Below the pieces are notes generated by a model that had not been told where the DNA came from, ran no database searches, and saw only the letters and a list, made by a program, of their open reading frames with translations. A stretch of DNA of 64,000 nt from Candidatus Zhuqueibacterota bacterium (GTDB lineage Bacteria; Zhuqueibacterota; Zhuqueibacteria; Zhuqueibacterales; Geothermadaptataceae): assembly GCA_015485525.1 (NCBI GenBank), contig WFTM01000261.1, forward strand, positions 12,088 to 76,087, written 5' to 3'. Numbering within the stretch: position 1 is the stretch's first letter; every line of letters starts with the position of its first letter. A program made the position numbers and the translations under genes. Positions 27,361-38,180 of the stretch are shown piece by piece.

Positions 27361-28638
27361 TCAGGTATTTTTCTTGATATAAAACTCTTTTTTCAATTCC
27401 TGCACCCAGCTACGGAAAAACTTCTCGCGCTTCAGCTGCAGGGCCCATGCTTTGAGCTGCTCATAATCCTCATCAAATGAAATCTCCCGCGCTGCCTTCT
27501 TGTCATTCAGACGCACGAGATGATAGCCAACCTGCCCCTTGATCGGATGGGAAATGTCGCCGACTTCGAGGGTTTCCGCTACCTGCTTAAACTCCGGCAG
27601 CTGAATCTGCCGGATTTCAAACCAACCCAGATTGCCCCCCTGCTCCCGGGTGGTTTCGTCCTCGCTATATTTTTTCGCCGCATCGGTGAAAGAAATTTCT
27701 CCGGCGAGGATGGCTGAGCGCAAACTATCGAGAAAAGCCAGCGTGCGTTTTTCGTCTTCATCTGTTATCGGAACCTGTACCAGAATATGCCGGGTGCGTA
27801 TTTTCTCTCCCAGCCGGTCTTCCAGCTTGATGATGTGAAAACCAAACTCTGTTTCGACGATATCGGATATCTGTCCGATTTCAAGGGCAAAGGCGGCTTC
27901 TTCATAGGGCACCACCAGATCGCCCCGCTGGATGAAACCCAGGTCTCCCCCTCTGCTGCCGGAAGGATCATCGGAATATTCCTGTGCGAGTTTTTCAAAA
28001 GGCTCACCCGCCTCCAGTTTCTGCTGTACTTCCTTGATTTTTGCCAGGGCTTTCTCGCGGGCATCACCGCCTGCGCTGACCGAGACCAGAATATGACTCA
28101 GATTGACAGATTCCTCCACCCTCGGCAGACTGTCTTTCATCGTCTTGTAGAACTCCTCGATTTCACCCTTGCCCACGGAAATCGTTGCGAGCTTCTTGCT
28201 TTTCAAATTCTCAACCAGCGCGCGCTCCTCTATCTGCTCGCGAAAGCGATTGCGGATTTTACGCATCGACATCCCGAGCTCGTCCTCCAGCTTCTTCTCA
28301 GAACCCACCTGCCGGACCATGCCCTTAATCTGTTCATCAAGCATCGAATCGATTTGCCGGGCATCCACTTCGATGCTGTCCTCTTTGGCCTTGACGAGCA
28401 ATACTTTTTGAATGATCAGCTCGTCGAGTATCTTCTCACGCAGCGCCGCAAATGCCTCCGGGTTTTTGCTGATATCGATCTTCGATTGCACAGCATATGT
28501 GTAGGCAAACTGGTTCAGTTCGGACTGCAAAATGATGTTTTCATCGACGATAGCGACGATTCTATCGATGACATCCTGCCCGGCGAGCGGACTGATCGCT
28601 ACGGCGAAAAACATCAGGGCGGAAAGAATTCTCTTCAT
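27361..28638 (-). CDS. surA: SurA-like periplasmic chaperone / parvulin peptidyl-prolyl isomerase
   Basis: Signal peptide from the ATG at 28638 (AAGGAAG RBS). Two parvulin domains are present (SHILV..FGFHIIKLEDR and RHILV..GYHLVRLNDK). Confidence 0.85.
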   Translation of the reverse strand: MKRILSALMFFAVAISPLAGQDVIDRIVAIVDENIILQSELNQFAYTYAVQSKIDISKNPEAFAALREKILDELIIQKVLLVKAKEDSIEVDARQIDSMLDEQIKGMVRQVGSEKKLEDELGMSMRKIRNRFREQIEERALVENLKSKKLATISVGKGEIEEFYKTMKDSLPRVEESVNLSHILVSVSAGGDAREKALAKIKEVQQKLEAGEPFEKLAQEYSDDPSGSRGGDLGFIQRGDLVVPYEEAAFALEIGQISDIVETEFGFHIIKLEDRLGEKIRTRHILVQVPITDEDEKRTLAFLDSLRSAILAGEISFTDAAKKYSEDETTREQGGNLGWFEIRQIQLPEFKQVAETLEVGDISHPIKGQVGYHLVRLNDKKAAREISFDEDYEQLKAWALQLKREKFFRSWVQELKKEFYIKKNT

Positions 28639-28871
28639 CTTTATACTTCCTTGCCTGTTAAGCTGAAATTTCACAACGCATTTTTACTTTACAGCCATAA
28701 AATAACAGAGACGACAAAAAATATCATGCAACGGCTCTGGCGTTTTCTGCAGAGTGCCTGCCTCTTGACCATGTATGGGTACACAATCCGGCAGCCTGAA
28801 TCGAGACAACAATTTTTCTTATTTTACGGATACCACGCATTCCCCGGACTGCTCAAGAAGTGCCATGCCCT

Positions 28872-29738
28872 TCAGTTGCTGAACAGAGAGTCGAGAGGAA
28901 CTCTGTCGATGACACGATAATTCCGTTCTATCGGAATCGTACTTTTCAAGCGACTGATGTGGCGACGATACCGTTCCTGTCGGGCTTTGTGCAACAGCCG
29001 GGCATGTATTTCATCACGTACACGTGAGAGCGGCTTGACCGAACCTTTCTGGGCAACCTCTTCGAGCTTAAAAATATGATAGCCATAGGAGGTTTTAAAA
29101 GGCCTGCGAACCTGGCCAACCCTCATTCGGCGCACTCGTTTCGCTATGGGCTCGATCACCATATCCTCGGTGACGAAACCGAGATCCCACTTGAAGCCCG
29201 GCTCTTGCTTGGCGGCAAAATAAACCGCCAGACTATCAAAAGGCCTGCCGCGCAGAATCAGATTATATGTTGAATCTGCCTCTTTCTTCCGATTAAAAAG
29301 CATCTGCTTTAAATGATACTCTTTTGCCGTCAGGGTGAAATCATCGCTGTTCTGCTCATAATAGGATTCATACACAGAGTCCGGAAACGTGGTATCGAAA
29401 TTCAAAACCGAATCGATATATGCGCTGCCGATGAGGTTGACGCGATATTCCTGCACCCGGCTCTCGATCTCTGGATCATTGCCAAAACCGGCAGCCTTTG
29501 CCTGCTCATAGAGCAAGTGCGCATTGATCCAGCGCGTCAACATATCCTGAATATCATCGCGGGTTATTTTATCCCTGGCCGCGGCCGGAAGCATATGCCG
29601 CAGCTCATCGAGAGTCAGGGTCTCACTGCCAACCTTGAGGATAACCGGACTCGTCTTTTCTTCCCGGGCACATCCGGAGAAGACCAAAACGATAGCTACC
29701 ACAAGAAACAGCGCGTTCATTTTCATACTTCTGATCAT
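28872..29738 (-). CDS. Parvulin-type peptidyl-prolyl isomerase lipoprotein
   Basis: Lipobox-like VLVFSGC; parvulin core (SYGYHIFKLEEV); ATGA overlap with the mfd stop. Confidence 0.8.
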   Translation of the reverse strand: MIRSMKMNALFLVVAIVLVFSGCAREEKTSPVILKVGSETLTLDELRHMLPAAARDKITRDDIQDMLTRWINAHLLYEQAKAAGFGNDPEIESRVQEYRVNLIGSAYIDSVLNFDTTFPDSVYESYYEQNSDDFTLTAKEYHLKQMLFNRKKEADSTYNLILRGRPFDSLAVYFAAKQEPGFKWDLGFVTEDMVIEPIAKRVRRMRVGQVRRPFKTSYGYHIFKLEEVAQKGSVKPLSRVRDEIHARLLHKARQERYRRHISRLKSTIPIERNYRVIDRVPLDSLFSN

Positions 29739-32700
29739 ACAGTGCGGTCTCCGTTGTTTTTTTTCTGCTCTTGCTCAGTATCATCATCCAGCGCTGCAAT
29801 CGTTTCCGGGTTTTCTGCAGACAGTGCGTTTACCAAAAATGCTTTCATTCCGGACAAGGCATCCTCATCGTCCGGAAAGGTGATTTTGATCCCAGTTTTT
29901 TTGTCCTGAAACAGCTCGACTGGATACAGAGCCGACAGCACCATCTTACCCAGCAGCGCCTTGAATTGTTCCTGCGATGATTCGACGAGCGCATCGTGAA
30001 AAATGCACATCGCCGCCTGCTTTTTAATGACAATACGTCCAAAACCATGCTGGCGTCCCAGCAATGAAACGATAGCGATGTTCAGCATATTTTCTGCTTC
30101 CGCCGGTAAACGGCCGTAACGATCCTTTAGCTCTTCGCGCACGTCTTCAATTATTTCGTGCTCACGAGCGTGAGCGACCTGGCGATATATCTCCACGCGC
30201 TCCGATGGTATGCTCACATACTTCTGCGGCAAGTACGCATCGACATCGGCCTCTACGCGGCATTCTTCCGGCAGAAAGTCTTTCTCTTCCTGCATCTCGT
30301 TCTGGTCGTTCTGAAACTCTTTGATCGCCTCATCGAGAATTTTCATGTAAAGATCGATGCCAAGTGACTCGATAAAGCCGCTTTGCTCTCCTCCCAGAAT
30401 ACTCCCGGCTCCTCTGATTTCAAGATCCCGCATGGCGATTTGAAAACCGCTGCCGAGCTCTGTAAACTCCTCCACGGTTTCCAGGCGCTGGATGGCCTCC
30501 CGGGTGAGCTTTTTCAGCGTCGGGATGATCAGATAGCAATAAGCCTTGCGGTTTGAACGGCCTACTCTGCCGCGGAGCTGGTAAAGCTGAGCCAGGCCGA
30601 ACTTATCCGCACGGTTGATAAAAATCGTATTAACATTGGGGATGTCCAGTCCGGACTCGATGATCATCGTGCTGATCAGAATGTGATACTTCTTCTGCAT
30701 GAAGTCATGCATGACGCGCTCGAGCTCTTTGACATTCATCCGCCCGTGAGCAACAGCGATATCTGCCTCCGGTACAATCTCGGTTATTCTCTTCGCAATC
30801 ATATCGATGGACTGAATCCGGTTGTGTACGAAATAAATCTGCCCGCCTCGCTGAAGCTCATGTAACATCGCCTGCCGGATGACACGCGGGTCGAACTCAA
30901 TCGTCTCGGTATGAATCGGAAGCCGGTCCCGTGGCGGCGTGTTGATCAACGACATGTCGCGGATTTCCAGCAAAGACATCTGCAGCGTACGCGGTATGGG
31001 TGTTGCGCTCAGCGACAGCACATCGACATTGACACGCAGTTGTTTGATTTTCTCTTTAGCTGCAACACCAAAGCGCTGCTCTTCGTCGATGATCAGCAGG
31101 CCCAGGTTCTTAAACTCGATATCCTTTGACAACAGGCGATGGGTTCCGATAACCAGATCGAGATCGCCGGTACGCAGCTTTTCGACAATTTTCTTTTGCT
31201 CCCGGGCGCTCTTGAAACGTGACAGCACATCCATTTTCACCGGAAAACGTTCGAATCGCTCCTGGAACGTTTCTCCATGCTGGTCGGCCAAAATCGTCGT
31301 CGGTACCAGAACAGCCACCTGCTTGCCATCGAGAATAGCCTTAAAGGCAGCTCGCACCGCGATCTCTGTTTTACCGTAACCAACATCACCACAAATAAGC
31401 CGATCCATCGGACGCGGACTTTCCATGTCTTTTTTGACATCTGCTGCAGCTTTTGTCTGGTCGGGCGTGTCTTCATAAGGAAACGAAGCTTCCAGCTCCA
31501 ACTGCAATGTCGAATCCGGAGAGAAGGCAAAACCCGACTCCTTTTTTCGCATAGCATAGAGCTGCACCAGCTCACGCGCTATATCTTTGACCCGGGAACG
31601 CGTCTTCTTTTTCAGCTTCTCCCATTCCGGGCTGCCGAGCTTGTGAACTTTTGGAACGCTGCCATCTTTTGCTGCATACTTCTGCACACGATCCATACGA
31701 TCGAGGCGAACGTACAGCTTGTCACCACCGCTGTACTCCAACAACAAACACTCCCGCTCATGCCCGCCTATGCGGATGATCTCCAGTCCTTTGAATCTGG
31801 CGATACCGTGGTTGACATGCACGACGAAATCACCGATCTTCAGGGCCTGGAGCTGTTTCATGGTCAGCCCCTGGCGAAAACGCTGGCGGATATGCTGTCG
31901 CCGTGCCCGGCCGTAAAATTCGTGATCTGTGTAAACATAGAGCCCGGCATGCGGCAGATAGAAGCCTTCAGACAAACTCTGACCGATGACATCAACACTG
32001 TCCTCATGTACACCATACTCATCAAAGAGCTGACGGACGCGTTCTGCATGCGCAGGAGATTCGCAGAGAAAATAATTTTTTCGCGGTGTTCCGTTCTCGG
32101 GCTTCTTCAGCAACTCCTCGCGCAAGTGCTGAATTCGTCCATCAAATGGGCGATGGTGTTTGGCATGAAAAGAGAGACTGTTCTCCGCATACCCTCCAGA
32201 GATCGGTGAAAAATATGCTTTCGGAAAATCTTTCAGACCTTTGTCCAGTAGATCAGCGGCAACAGGCTCATTGCCGGACTCTTCCTGTTCTTCGATCCAT
32301 TTCTCTATTTCCACCATCGAATCGAAAAAGACGATTAGCTGATCCGGGAGAAAATCCAAAAGAGAGGCATCTGTAACATCGTCACTTCCGGGGCGCGGCA
32401 AGATCACCACCTGCTCGCTTTCAGAAAGAGAGCGCTGGCTCACGGCATCAAAAATCCGAATCGATTCGATCTCTTCTCCAAAGAACTCCAGGCGAACCGG
32501 GTTTTCCGCTGTAAACGGAAAAACATCAACAATACCGCCCCGTACGGCAAACTCTCCCGGCTTATCCACCATATTGACACGCTCAAATCCCGCTGTGTTC
32601 AAGCGAGCGAGCAGTGTCTGGAAACCGTGCTCTTCTCCTGTACTCAAGATAATCTTCTGAGCCTGCAGCTGTTTCGGACTTCGTATTCGGGTTTGCAGGG

Positions 32701-33073
32701 CTGCCACAGAGGCGACAACGATGATGCGCTCTCCATCTGCAAGAGATGTAATCACTTCGCTCTGCTGAGAGATTATGCGAACATCTTCCTTGCCCCAGCG
32801 GCTGACACGCGTTTCCGGAAAAAGGGCGCTTTGATGAACGGGCAATAAATGTTCGAGATCGAGCACTGCCTGTTCAGCGCGCTCCTGGTCCGGGAACAAC
32901 CAAAGCACGGTCGCCTGCTGTTCATCGAAACATTGCGCCACAATCAGTGAACGCAGCGACCCAACGGCAGAAACGATCTCAACATTTTGTTTTTTAAGAA
33001 AATACGTTGATATTTTCTTTGTTTCGTCAAGCCGTGCTATTCGACTGCGGATATCGTCGAGTAAAAATGCCAT
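29735..33073 (-). CDS. mfd: Transcription-repair coupling factor
   Basis: 1112 aa; helicase motifs GDVGYGKTE and [11 protein letters not shown]; the C-terminal region is consistent with an Mfd TRG/D7 domain. Confidence 0.96.
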   Translation of the reverse strand: MAFLLDDIRSRIARLDETKKISTYFLKKQNVEIVSAVGSLRSLIVAQCFDEQQATVLWLFPDQERAEQAVLDLEHLLPVHQSALFPETRVSRWGKEDVRIISQQSEVITSLADGERIIVVASVAALQTRIRSPKQLQAQKIILSTGEEHGFQTLLARLNTAGFERVNMVDKPGEFAVRGGIVDVFPFTAENPVRLEFFGEEIESIRIFDAVSQRSLSESEQVVILPRPGSDDVTDASLLDFLPDQLIVFFDSMVEIEKWIEEQEESGNEPVAADLLDKGLKDFPKAYFSPISGGYAENSLSFHAKHHRPFDGRIQHLREELLKKPENGTPRKNYFLCESPAHAERVRQLFDEYGVHEDSVDVIGQSLSEGFYLPHAGLYVYTDHEFYGRARRQHIRQRFRQGLTMKQLQALKIGDFVVHVNHGIARFKGLEIIRIGGHERECLLLEYSGGDKLYVRLDRMDRVQKYAAKDGSVPKVHKLGSPEWEKLKKKTRSRVKDIARELVQLYAMRKKESGFAFSPDSTLQLELEASFPYEDTPDQTKAAADVKKDMESPRPMDRLICGDVGYGKTEIAVRAAFKAILDGKQVAVLVPTTILADQHGETFQERFERFPVKMDVLSRFKSAREQKKIVEKLRTGDLDLVIGTHRLLSKDIEFKNLGLLIIDEEQRFGVAAKEKIKQLRVNVDVLSLSATPIPRTLQMSLLEIRDMSLINTPPRDRLPIHTETIEFDPRVIRQAMLHELQRGGQIYFVHNRIQSIDMIAKRITEIVPEADIAVAHGRMNVKELERVMHDFMQKKYHILISTMIIESGLDIPNVNTIFINRADKFGLAQLYQLRGRVGRSNRKAYCYLIIPTLKKLTREAIQRLETVEEFTELGSGFQIAMRDLEIRGAGSILGGEQSGFIESLGIDLYMKILDEAIKEFQNDQNEMQEEKDFLPEECRVEADVDAYLPQKYVSIPSERVEIYRQVAHAREHEIIEDVREELKDRYGRLPAEAENMLNIAIVSLLGRQHGFGRIVIKKQAAMCIFHDALVESSQEQFKALLGKMVLSALYPVELFQDKKTGIKITFPDDEDALSGMKAFLVNALSAENPETIAALDDDTEQEQKKNNGDRTV

Positions 33074-33076
33074 CGA

Positions 33077-34018
33077 TTATTGCTCCAGCGCCCTGCGAAC
33101 AAAACCGTCGCTCTGTTCCAGCCGCTTTTTTGCTTCATCTGCAGAAACGCCTGCGAGTATCATCACCAGAGCGACCTTTACCACACCTCCTGCCTGCTCG
33201 AGCACCTCCTGCGCCTGTTCGTATGAAACCCCCGTAACCATCATCACGGTTCTTTTCGAACGCTCCTCGAGCTTCTTGGAGGTCATCTGCAAATCGACCA
33301 TCATGTTGCCATACACTTTGCCGAGCCGGATCATGCTCGCCGTGGTCAGCATGTTCAAAACCAGCTTGGTGGCTGTCCCGGCCTTCATGCGTGTCGATCC
33401 CATCACAACCTCCGGCCCGACAACAGGACATATTGCGACATCAACTTCGATATCCATCTCACTGCGCGGGTTGCAGGTGACGTACACTGTCTTTGCTCCG
33501 ATCGAGCGTGCGTACTCCACAGCACCGATAACATACGGAGTTCGACGGCTCGCCGCAATCCCACAGACCACATCGCGTTCCGTCAGGCCCCGCTCCCTGA
33601 TATCGCGGACGCCATCATCATACCGATCTTCAGCACCTTCTTGCGAGCGAACCAGCGCCTCATATCCTCCCGCGATAATTCCCTGAACCATCTCAGGATC
33701 CGTGCCGTATGTCGGCGGGCATTCGGATGCATCGAGAACACCGAGCCGTCCGCTGGTGCCTGCTCCCACATAAAAAAGTCTGCCCCCGGCCCGGAAACAT
33801 GACACCAGGATATCAACAGCCTGGGCTATCCAGGGGATTTCCTGACCAACGATTGCCGGAATCTGTTTATCTTCATCATTGATCAGACGCAGTATTTCCT
33901 CGGTCGTGCATGTATCGATCGTCGCTGTTCGTGAATTTTGTGCTTCTGTGACGAGGTCTTTAATCTCATCAAAAACCTGTTTACCCACGGTTCCTGTTTC
34001 CTTTCTTTCCCGATTCAT
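33077..34018 (-). CDS. murQ: N-acetylmuramic acid 6-phosphate etherase
   Basis: SIS-domain motif VGAGTSGRLGVLDASECPPTYG and the typical N-terminus LVTEAQNSRTATIDT. ATG at 34018 (the track start is TTG at 34024). Confidence 0.9.
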   Translation of the reverse strand: MNRERKETGTVGKQVFDEIKDLVTEAQNSRTATIDTCTTEEILRLINDEDKQIPAIVGQEIPWIAQAVDILVSCFRAGGRLFYVGAGTSGRLGVLDASECPPTYGTDPEMVQGIIAGGYEALVRSQEGAEDRYDDGVRDIRERGLTERDVVCGIAASRRTPYVIGAVEYARSIGAKTVYVTCNPRSEMDIEVDVAICPVVGPEVVMGSTRMKAGTATKLVLNMLTTASMIRLGKVYGNMMVDLQMTSKKLEERSKRTVMMVTGVSYEQAQEVLEQAGGVVKVALVMILAGVSADEAKKRLEQSDGFVRRALEQ

Positions 34019-34101
34019 TAACAAAGTGTTTTATAGAAAGCCCTCGGGATAACTGACTTTTTTGTTCGGTGTCGTGCTTTTGAAAATTGAATGATATATA
34101 A

Positions 34102-34773
34102 TCAGGATTCAGATTTTTTCTGGCTGACCAAAATCAGAACCCTTTGTTTGTTCGGTTCAACCAGCTCAGCAGCATACCCTCTTTGCTTGACCACTACGCG
34201 ACCCCGCTCCTCCAGTTCGGTGATCTCATCCTGGAGACGACCGCCCTTCATTGCCAACAGCACGCCTCCCTCTGCCAGCAGGGGAGCAGACCAGAGCCAA
34301 AGAGTGGAAAGAGGTGCGACAGCCCGGGCTATGACAACATCAAACCCGGCTGTATTCTCCTGGGAGAATGTTTCAGCCCGGCCATGGCAGACCGAAACAT
34401 TCTGCAGGCCGAGCTCTCCGACAACTCGCTTCAAAAACAACGTTTTCCGCCGGCGTGCATCCAGCAGGAGAAAACGCGTCGCCGGGTTCAGCACTGCCAG
34501 AGGAATACCCGGCAACCCTCCCCCGCTGCCGAGGTCGAGTACATGGCCGGGCTTTGAAAAGTCAAAAACTTCGGAAACAGCCACGGCTTCAGCGATATGC
34601 CTCTGCCAGACGGCTGCGCGATCTTTTTCTGAAATCAACTGGGTCTTACGGTTCCACAACAACAGCAAGGCCACATAGCGCTGCAACAGCCCGAGCTTCG
34701 CTTCATCGATCGTCACGCCCGCTTTTTTTATTTGTTCGAGAAAAACAGAAAAATCGCTGGCTTCTCCCGCCAC
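34102..34773 (-). CDS. rsmG: 16S rRNA (guanine527-N7)-methyltransferase
   Basis: VLDLGSGGGLPGIPLA SAM motif; position after mnmG; GTG start. Confidence 0.92.
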   Translation of the reverse strand: MAGEASDFSVFLEQIKKAGVTIDEAKLGLLQRYVALLLLWNRKTQLISEKDRAAVWQRHIAEAVAVSEVFDFSKPGHVLDLGSGGGLPGIPLAVLNPATRFLLLDARRRKTLFLKRVVGELGLQNVSVCHGRAETFSQENTAGFDVVIARAVAPLSTLWLWSAPLLAEGGVLLAMKGGRLQDEITELEERGRVVVKQRGYAAELVEPNKQRVLILVSQKKSES

Positions 34774-34776
34774 GTC

Positions 34777-36684
34777 TCAGCTATGCTCCTGTGTTTCACG
34801 TGAAACAGTATGCTTTGACAGATACTGCATCAGCGCTGAAATATCCGCCGGAGAAACTCCGGAGATACGAGACGCCTGGGCAAGAGAGTACGGCCTGGCT
34901 GCGGCAAGCTTCTCTCGTGCTTCTGCTGAAAGGCTGCGAATTTCGTGATAATCCAACGTCTCCGGCAGGCGCTTTTCTTCTAGTCTTTTCAACCGGGCAA
35001 CGGCCTCCTGTTCGCGCTGAATAAAGCCAGCGTATTTAATGTCGATCTCTACCTGCTGGCAAGCATCTTCCCGCAAATCTGTATCCACATCATGCCACCA
35101 GCCTTCGCGGGGAAGAAAAGACACAATATTTTTCAACGCGATCTCCGGGCGTCGCAACAGTGAGATCAAGCGTTCCTTGTGCTGAATCGGACTGCTTCCC
35201 TTCCGAGAAAGAAGCGCATTGACCTCATCCGGATCGACCAACCTCTGGTTGAGAGCTGTTTTGATCGCAGCCATACCCTTTCTTTTTTCTTCAAGACGGC
35301 TATAAGTCTGCGCATCGATCAAACCAAAACGATAGCCGAAATCCATCAACCGCAGGTCTGCATTGTCCTGGCGCAAAATCAAACGGTGTTCGGCGCGGGA
35401 AGTAAACATGCGATACGGTTCGATCGTGCCCTTGGTAACAAGATCATCGATCAAAACCCCGATGTAAGCAGTACCTCGATCCAACACAAATGGCTCCTCT
35501 GCGCGCGTGTACAAAACTGAGTTGATGCCTGCCATCAGACCCTGCACCGCCGCCTCCTCATACCCTGTCGTGCCATTGATCTGGCCCGCGAAAAACAAGC
35601 CGGCGATGCGTTTGGTTTCCAGATTTGGCTTGAGTTGTGTCGGTGGAAAATAGTCGTACTCGACAGCATACCCGGGACGGGTGATAACAGCGTTTTCAAG
35701 TCCGGGTATCGTTTTGATCGCCCGCTCTTGTACTTCTTCGGGAAGACTGGTCGAGAAGCCGTTTACATAGACTTCTGTGGTCTCTCTGCCTTCGGGTTCA
35801 AGAAAAATCTGGTGGCTCTCCTTCTCGGAAAAGCGCACGATTTTATCTTCCACCGAAGGGCAGTACCTCGGCCCAACGCTTTGAATCTGTCCGCTGTACA
35901 TAGGAGATTGATCGAGATTATCACGAAGTATTTTGTGTGTCTCGGATGTGGTATGTGTGATGTAGCAGGGAATCTGATCAACGTCCAGGTTCCGCGTTCT
36001 GAAGGAAAAAGGGCTGGGCTGTTCATCTCCGTGCTGTACGATCGTTTTTTCCCAGTCTATGGTTCGCCCATCGAGACGGGGAGGTGTGCCTGTTTTCAAC
36101 CGGCCGGACTCGAAGCCGAGACTTTGCAGGCACTCTGTCATACCCTCGGCAGCAAACTCTCCTGCACGGCCAGACCGTATCTGCTTGAGGCCGATATGGA
36201 TGACCCCATTGAGGAATGTGCCGGCTGTCAGAATCACCGCACGGGCGCGATACAGGGTGCCGAACTGACCGACTACGCCGGTCACCCGGTCTTTTTCGAT
36301 CTGCAGAGAAACACCCATATCCTGCCTGAGCTCGAGATTTTCCTGCTGCTCGCAGGCGGTACGAACTCGTGCTGCATACAGAGAACGATCCGCCTGTGCG
36401 CGTGGCGACCAGACTGCCGGCCCCTTCGAGGTGTTGAGCATGCGGAACTGAATTGCCGTCTCATCGATAACCAGGCCCATCTCACCACCCAGGGCATCCA
36501 GCTCACGTACGAGCTGCCCCTTGGCCAGCCCACCGATTGCGGGATTGCAGGACATCTGACCGATCGTAAAAATATTCATCGTGATCAACAAAGTGCGTGC
36601 CCCCATACGCGAGGCCGCGAGAGCCGCCTCGGTACCAGCGTGCCCTCCGCCCACAACCACCACGTCGTATATTTCATTGCTCAT
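34777..36684 (-). CDS. mnmG: tRNA uridine-5-carboxymethylaminomethyl modification enzyme MnmG (GidA)
   Basis: FAD motif [16 protein letters not shown]; 635 aa; classic mnmE-mnmG-rsmG order. Confidence 0.97.
   Translation of the reverse strand: MSNEIYDVVVVGGGHAGTEAALAASRMGARTLLITMNIFTIGQMSCNPAIGGLAKGQLVRELDALGGEMGLVIDETAIQFRMLNTSKGPAVWSPRAQADRSLYAARVRTACEQQENLELRQDMGVSLQIEKDRVTGVVGQFGTLYRARAVILTAGTFLNGVIHIGLKQIRSGRAGEFAAEGMTECLQSLGFESGRLKTGTPPRLDGRTIDWEKTIVQHGDEQPSPFSFRTRNLDVDQIPCYITHTTSETHKILRDNLDQSPMYSGQIQSVGPRYCPSVEDKIVRFSEKESHQIFLEPEGRETTEVYVNGFSTSLPEEVQERAIKTIPGLENAVITRPGYAVEYDYFPPTQLKPNLETKRIAGLFFAGQINGTTGYEEAAVQGLMAGINSVLYTRAEEPFVLDRGTAYIGVLIDDLVTKGTIEPYRMFTSRAEHRLILRQDNADLRLMDFGYRFGLIDAQTYSRLEEKRKGMAAIKTALNQRLVDPDEVNALLSRKGSSPIQHKERLISLLRRPEIALKNIVSFLPREGWWHDVDTDLREDACQQVEIDIKYAGFIQREQEAVARLKRLEEKRLPETLDYHEIRSLSAEAREKLAAARPYSLAQASRISGVSPADISALMQYLSKHTVSRETQEHS
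34792..34807. promoter_or_regulatory. parS: parS centromere-like site (perfect TGTTTCACGTGAAACA)
   Basis: A 16-bp perfect palindrome identical to the ParB/Spo0J parS consensus. It lies within the last codons of mnmG, 18 nt upstream of the rsmG start. Confidence 0.85.
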
Positions 36685-36697
36685 TATTTACCAACAC

Positions 36698-36713
36698 TGT
36701 TTCACGTGAAACA
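36698..36713. promoter_or_regulatory. parS: parS centromere-like site (perfect TGTTTCACGTGAAACA)
   Basis: A second identical 16-bp palindrome, in the 33-nt mnmE-mnmG spacer. Confidence 0.85.
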
Positions 36714-36717
36714 AAAA

Positions 36718-38121
36718 CTACTTGCCAATACAAAAATTAGAAAAGATCTGTCCCAGAACATCCTCTGTCGTTATCTCACCGATCAGCTCAGAGAGAGCGT
36801 CAATTGCGTGCCGTATGTCTGTTGCGATAAACTCCTGAGACAATCCTTCATCAAAATGCTGTTTTGCAGAAACGACAGCTGACTGGGCGCGTTCCACTGC
36901 GTCTTTCTGACGGAGATTCAAAACCATAAAATCATCCGAATCAGACGTAAACAAATCTTGTGTCACGGCGGAGAGACTTTTTTCCAACGCATCAAGGCCA
37001 TCTCCTGTAACACAGGACAGCTCGAGAGTTATCTTATCTGCACAGAAAGAACGCAGTTCTTCTACACCAGCCTGCACTTCAAGGTCTGTCTTGTTACTGA
37101 CGATAATGATGCCCTGATCAGATATTTTCTGCTGGAATACGCGTTGTCTGATTTCCCAGTCCTCGCGGTCAAGAGGACGACTCGAATCGATCACCATCAA
37201 AACCACATCAGCATTTTCAAGCGCTGATTGGCTCCGTAGAACGCCTTCTTTTTCCACGATATCATCCGCGTCTCGAATCCCGGCTGTATCGATAAAAACA
37301 TACTTCTGCCCGCGGATTTCAATCGCCTCCTCGATGACATCGCGGGTCGTTCCGGGAATATCTGTGACGATCGACCGCTCCCGCTTCAACAGGAGATTCA
37401 ACAAGCTGGATTTGCCGACGTTCGGTTTGCCGATAATGGCAACCCGTATGCCTTCGCGAATTAGATGAGCACGCTGATAGGAGTGTGAGAGTTTGTGCAA
37501 CAAGGACTCCAGAAAATCGAGACGCGAGCGCAGCTCCTCCCTGTCGGCAAACTCTACATCTTCTTCTGCAAAATCAAGTTCCAGCTCCAGCAGACTGAGC
37601 AGGTCAGTGATCTCCGAACGAATTTTTTTGATTTCTGCAGAAAATTGACCGGAATAATGATGATGTATCAGATCAAGCTCGGCCGTGGTATCTGCATGTG
37701 ACAGACTATCGATCGCTTCTGCTTTTGCCAGATCTATTTTGCCGTTTAAAAAAGCACGCTGGGTAAACTCACCGGGCTTAGCCAGGTCCGCGCCGGCCTG
37801 AACAAGACTTTGCAGGACAAGCGAGGGGATCAGCCGACCGCCATGGGTAAATATCTCTACAATATCCTCGCCAGTAAAGGTTTCCGGTGCCGCATACGGA
37901 ACAACGATACACTCATCGAGAAGCCGCCTGGTCTCCTCGCCAAAAGAATACAATGATACAAGAGAAGCCCTGCGGTCCTCAAGCCGATCCGCATCGTCTG
38001 CGTTGAGTAACCGGCGTATAACCTGAAATGCCCTTAAACCGGATACGCGTATCACGGCAAGGGCTGAACGTCCGCTCCGGGTTGCAAGAGCAGCAATTGT
38101 ACTGTCGGATTGGCTCATCAT
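36718..38121 (-). CDS. mnmE: tRNA modification GTPase MnmE (TrmE)
   Basis: G1 motif GKPNVGKSSLLN, DTAGIR, NKTDL, and the C-terminal CIGK tetrapeptide. Confidence 0.96.
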   Translation of the reverse strand: MMSQSDSTIAALATRSGRSALAVIRVSGLRAFQVIRRLLNADDADRLEDRRASLVSLYSFGEETRRLLDECIVVPYAAPETFTGEDIVEIFTHGGRLIPSLVLQSLVQAGADLAKPGEFTQRAFLNGKIDLAKAEAIDSLSHADTTAELDLIHHHYSGQFSAEIKKIRSEITDLLSLLELELDFAEEDVEFADREELRSRLDFLESLLHKLSHSYQRAHLIREGIRVAIIGKPNVGKSSLLNLLLKRERSIVTDIPGTTRDVIEEAIEIRGQKYVFIDTAGIRDADDIVEKEGVLRSQSALENADVVLMVIDSSRPLDREDWEIRQRVFQQKISDQGIIIVSNKTDLEVQAGVEELRSFCADKITLELSCVTGDGLDALEKSLSAVTQDLFTSDSDDFMVLNLRQKDAVERAQSAVVSAKQHFDEGLSQEFIATDIRHAIDALSELIGEITTEDVLGQIFSNFCIGK

Positions 38122-38146
38122 CCAATCTGCTTCATGGCATACTATT

Positions 38147-38172
38147 AAAAAAGCCCCGCAATCTTACGGGGC
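38147..38172 (-). terminator. Rho-independent terminator after yidC
   Basis: The minus strand reads GCCCCG-TAAGATTG-CGGGGC followed by TTTTTT, 9 nt after the yidC stop. Confidence 0.8.
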
Positions 38173-38180
38173 AAAGAGGA

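Noticed and set aside
28727-28840. 37-codon basic minus-strand ORF (MRGIRKIRKIVV...) in the PPIase-surA spacer
   Set aside because: It is short, has only a weak GGGGA upstream and no recognisable family. It cannot be supported from sequence alone.
27787-28920. 377-aa plus-strand ORF antisense to surA
   Set aside because: Same reasoning as above. surA has a signal peptide and two parvulin domains, while the antisense product has no recognisable features.
31277-32209. 310-aa plus-strand ORF antisense to mfd
   Set aside because: It overlaps the helicase core of mfd and its translation shows no motifs. It is a shadow ORF.
35635-36882. 415-aa plus-strand ORF antisense to mnmG
   Set aside because: mnmG on the minus strand is unambiguous (FAD motif, full length). 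The antisense translation is rich in R, L and C, with no motifs or RBS, which is a typical stop-poor antisense frame.
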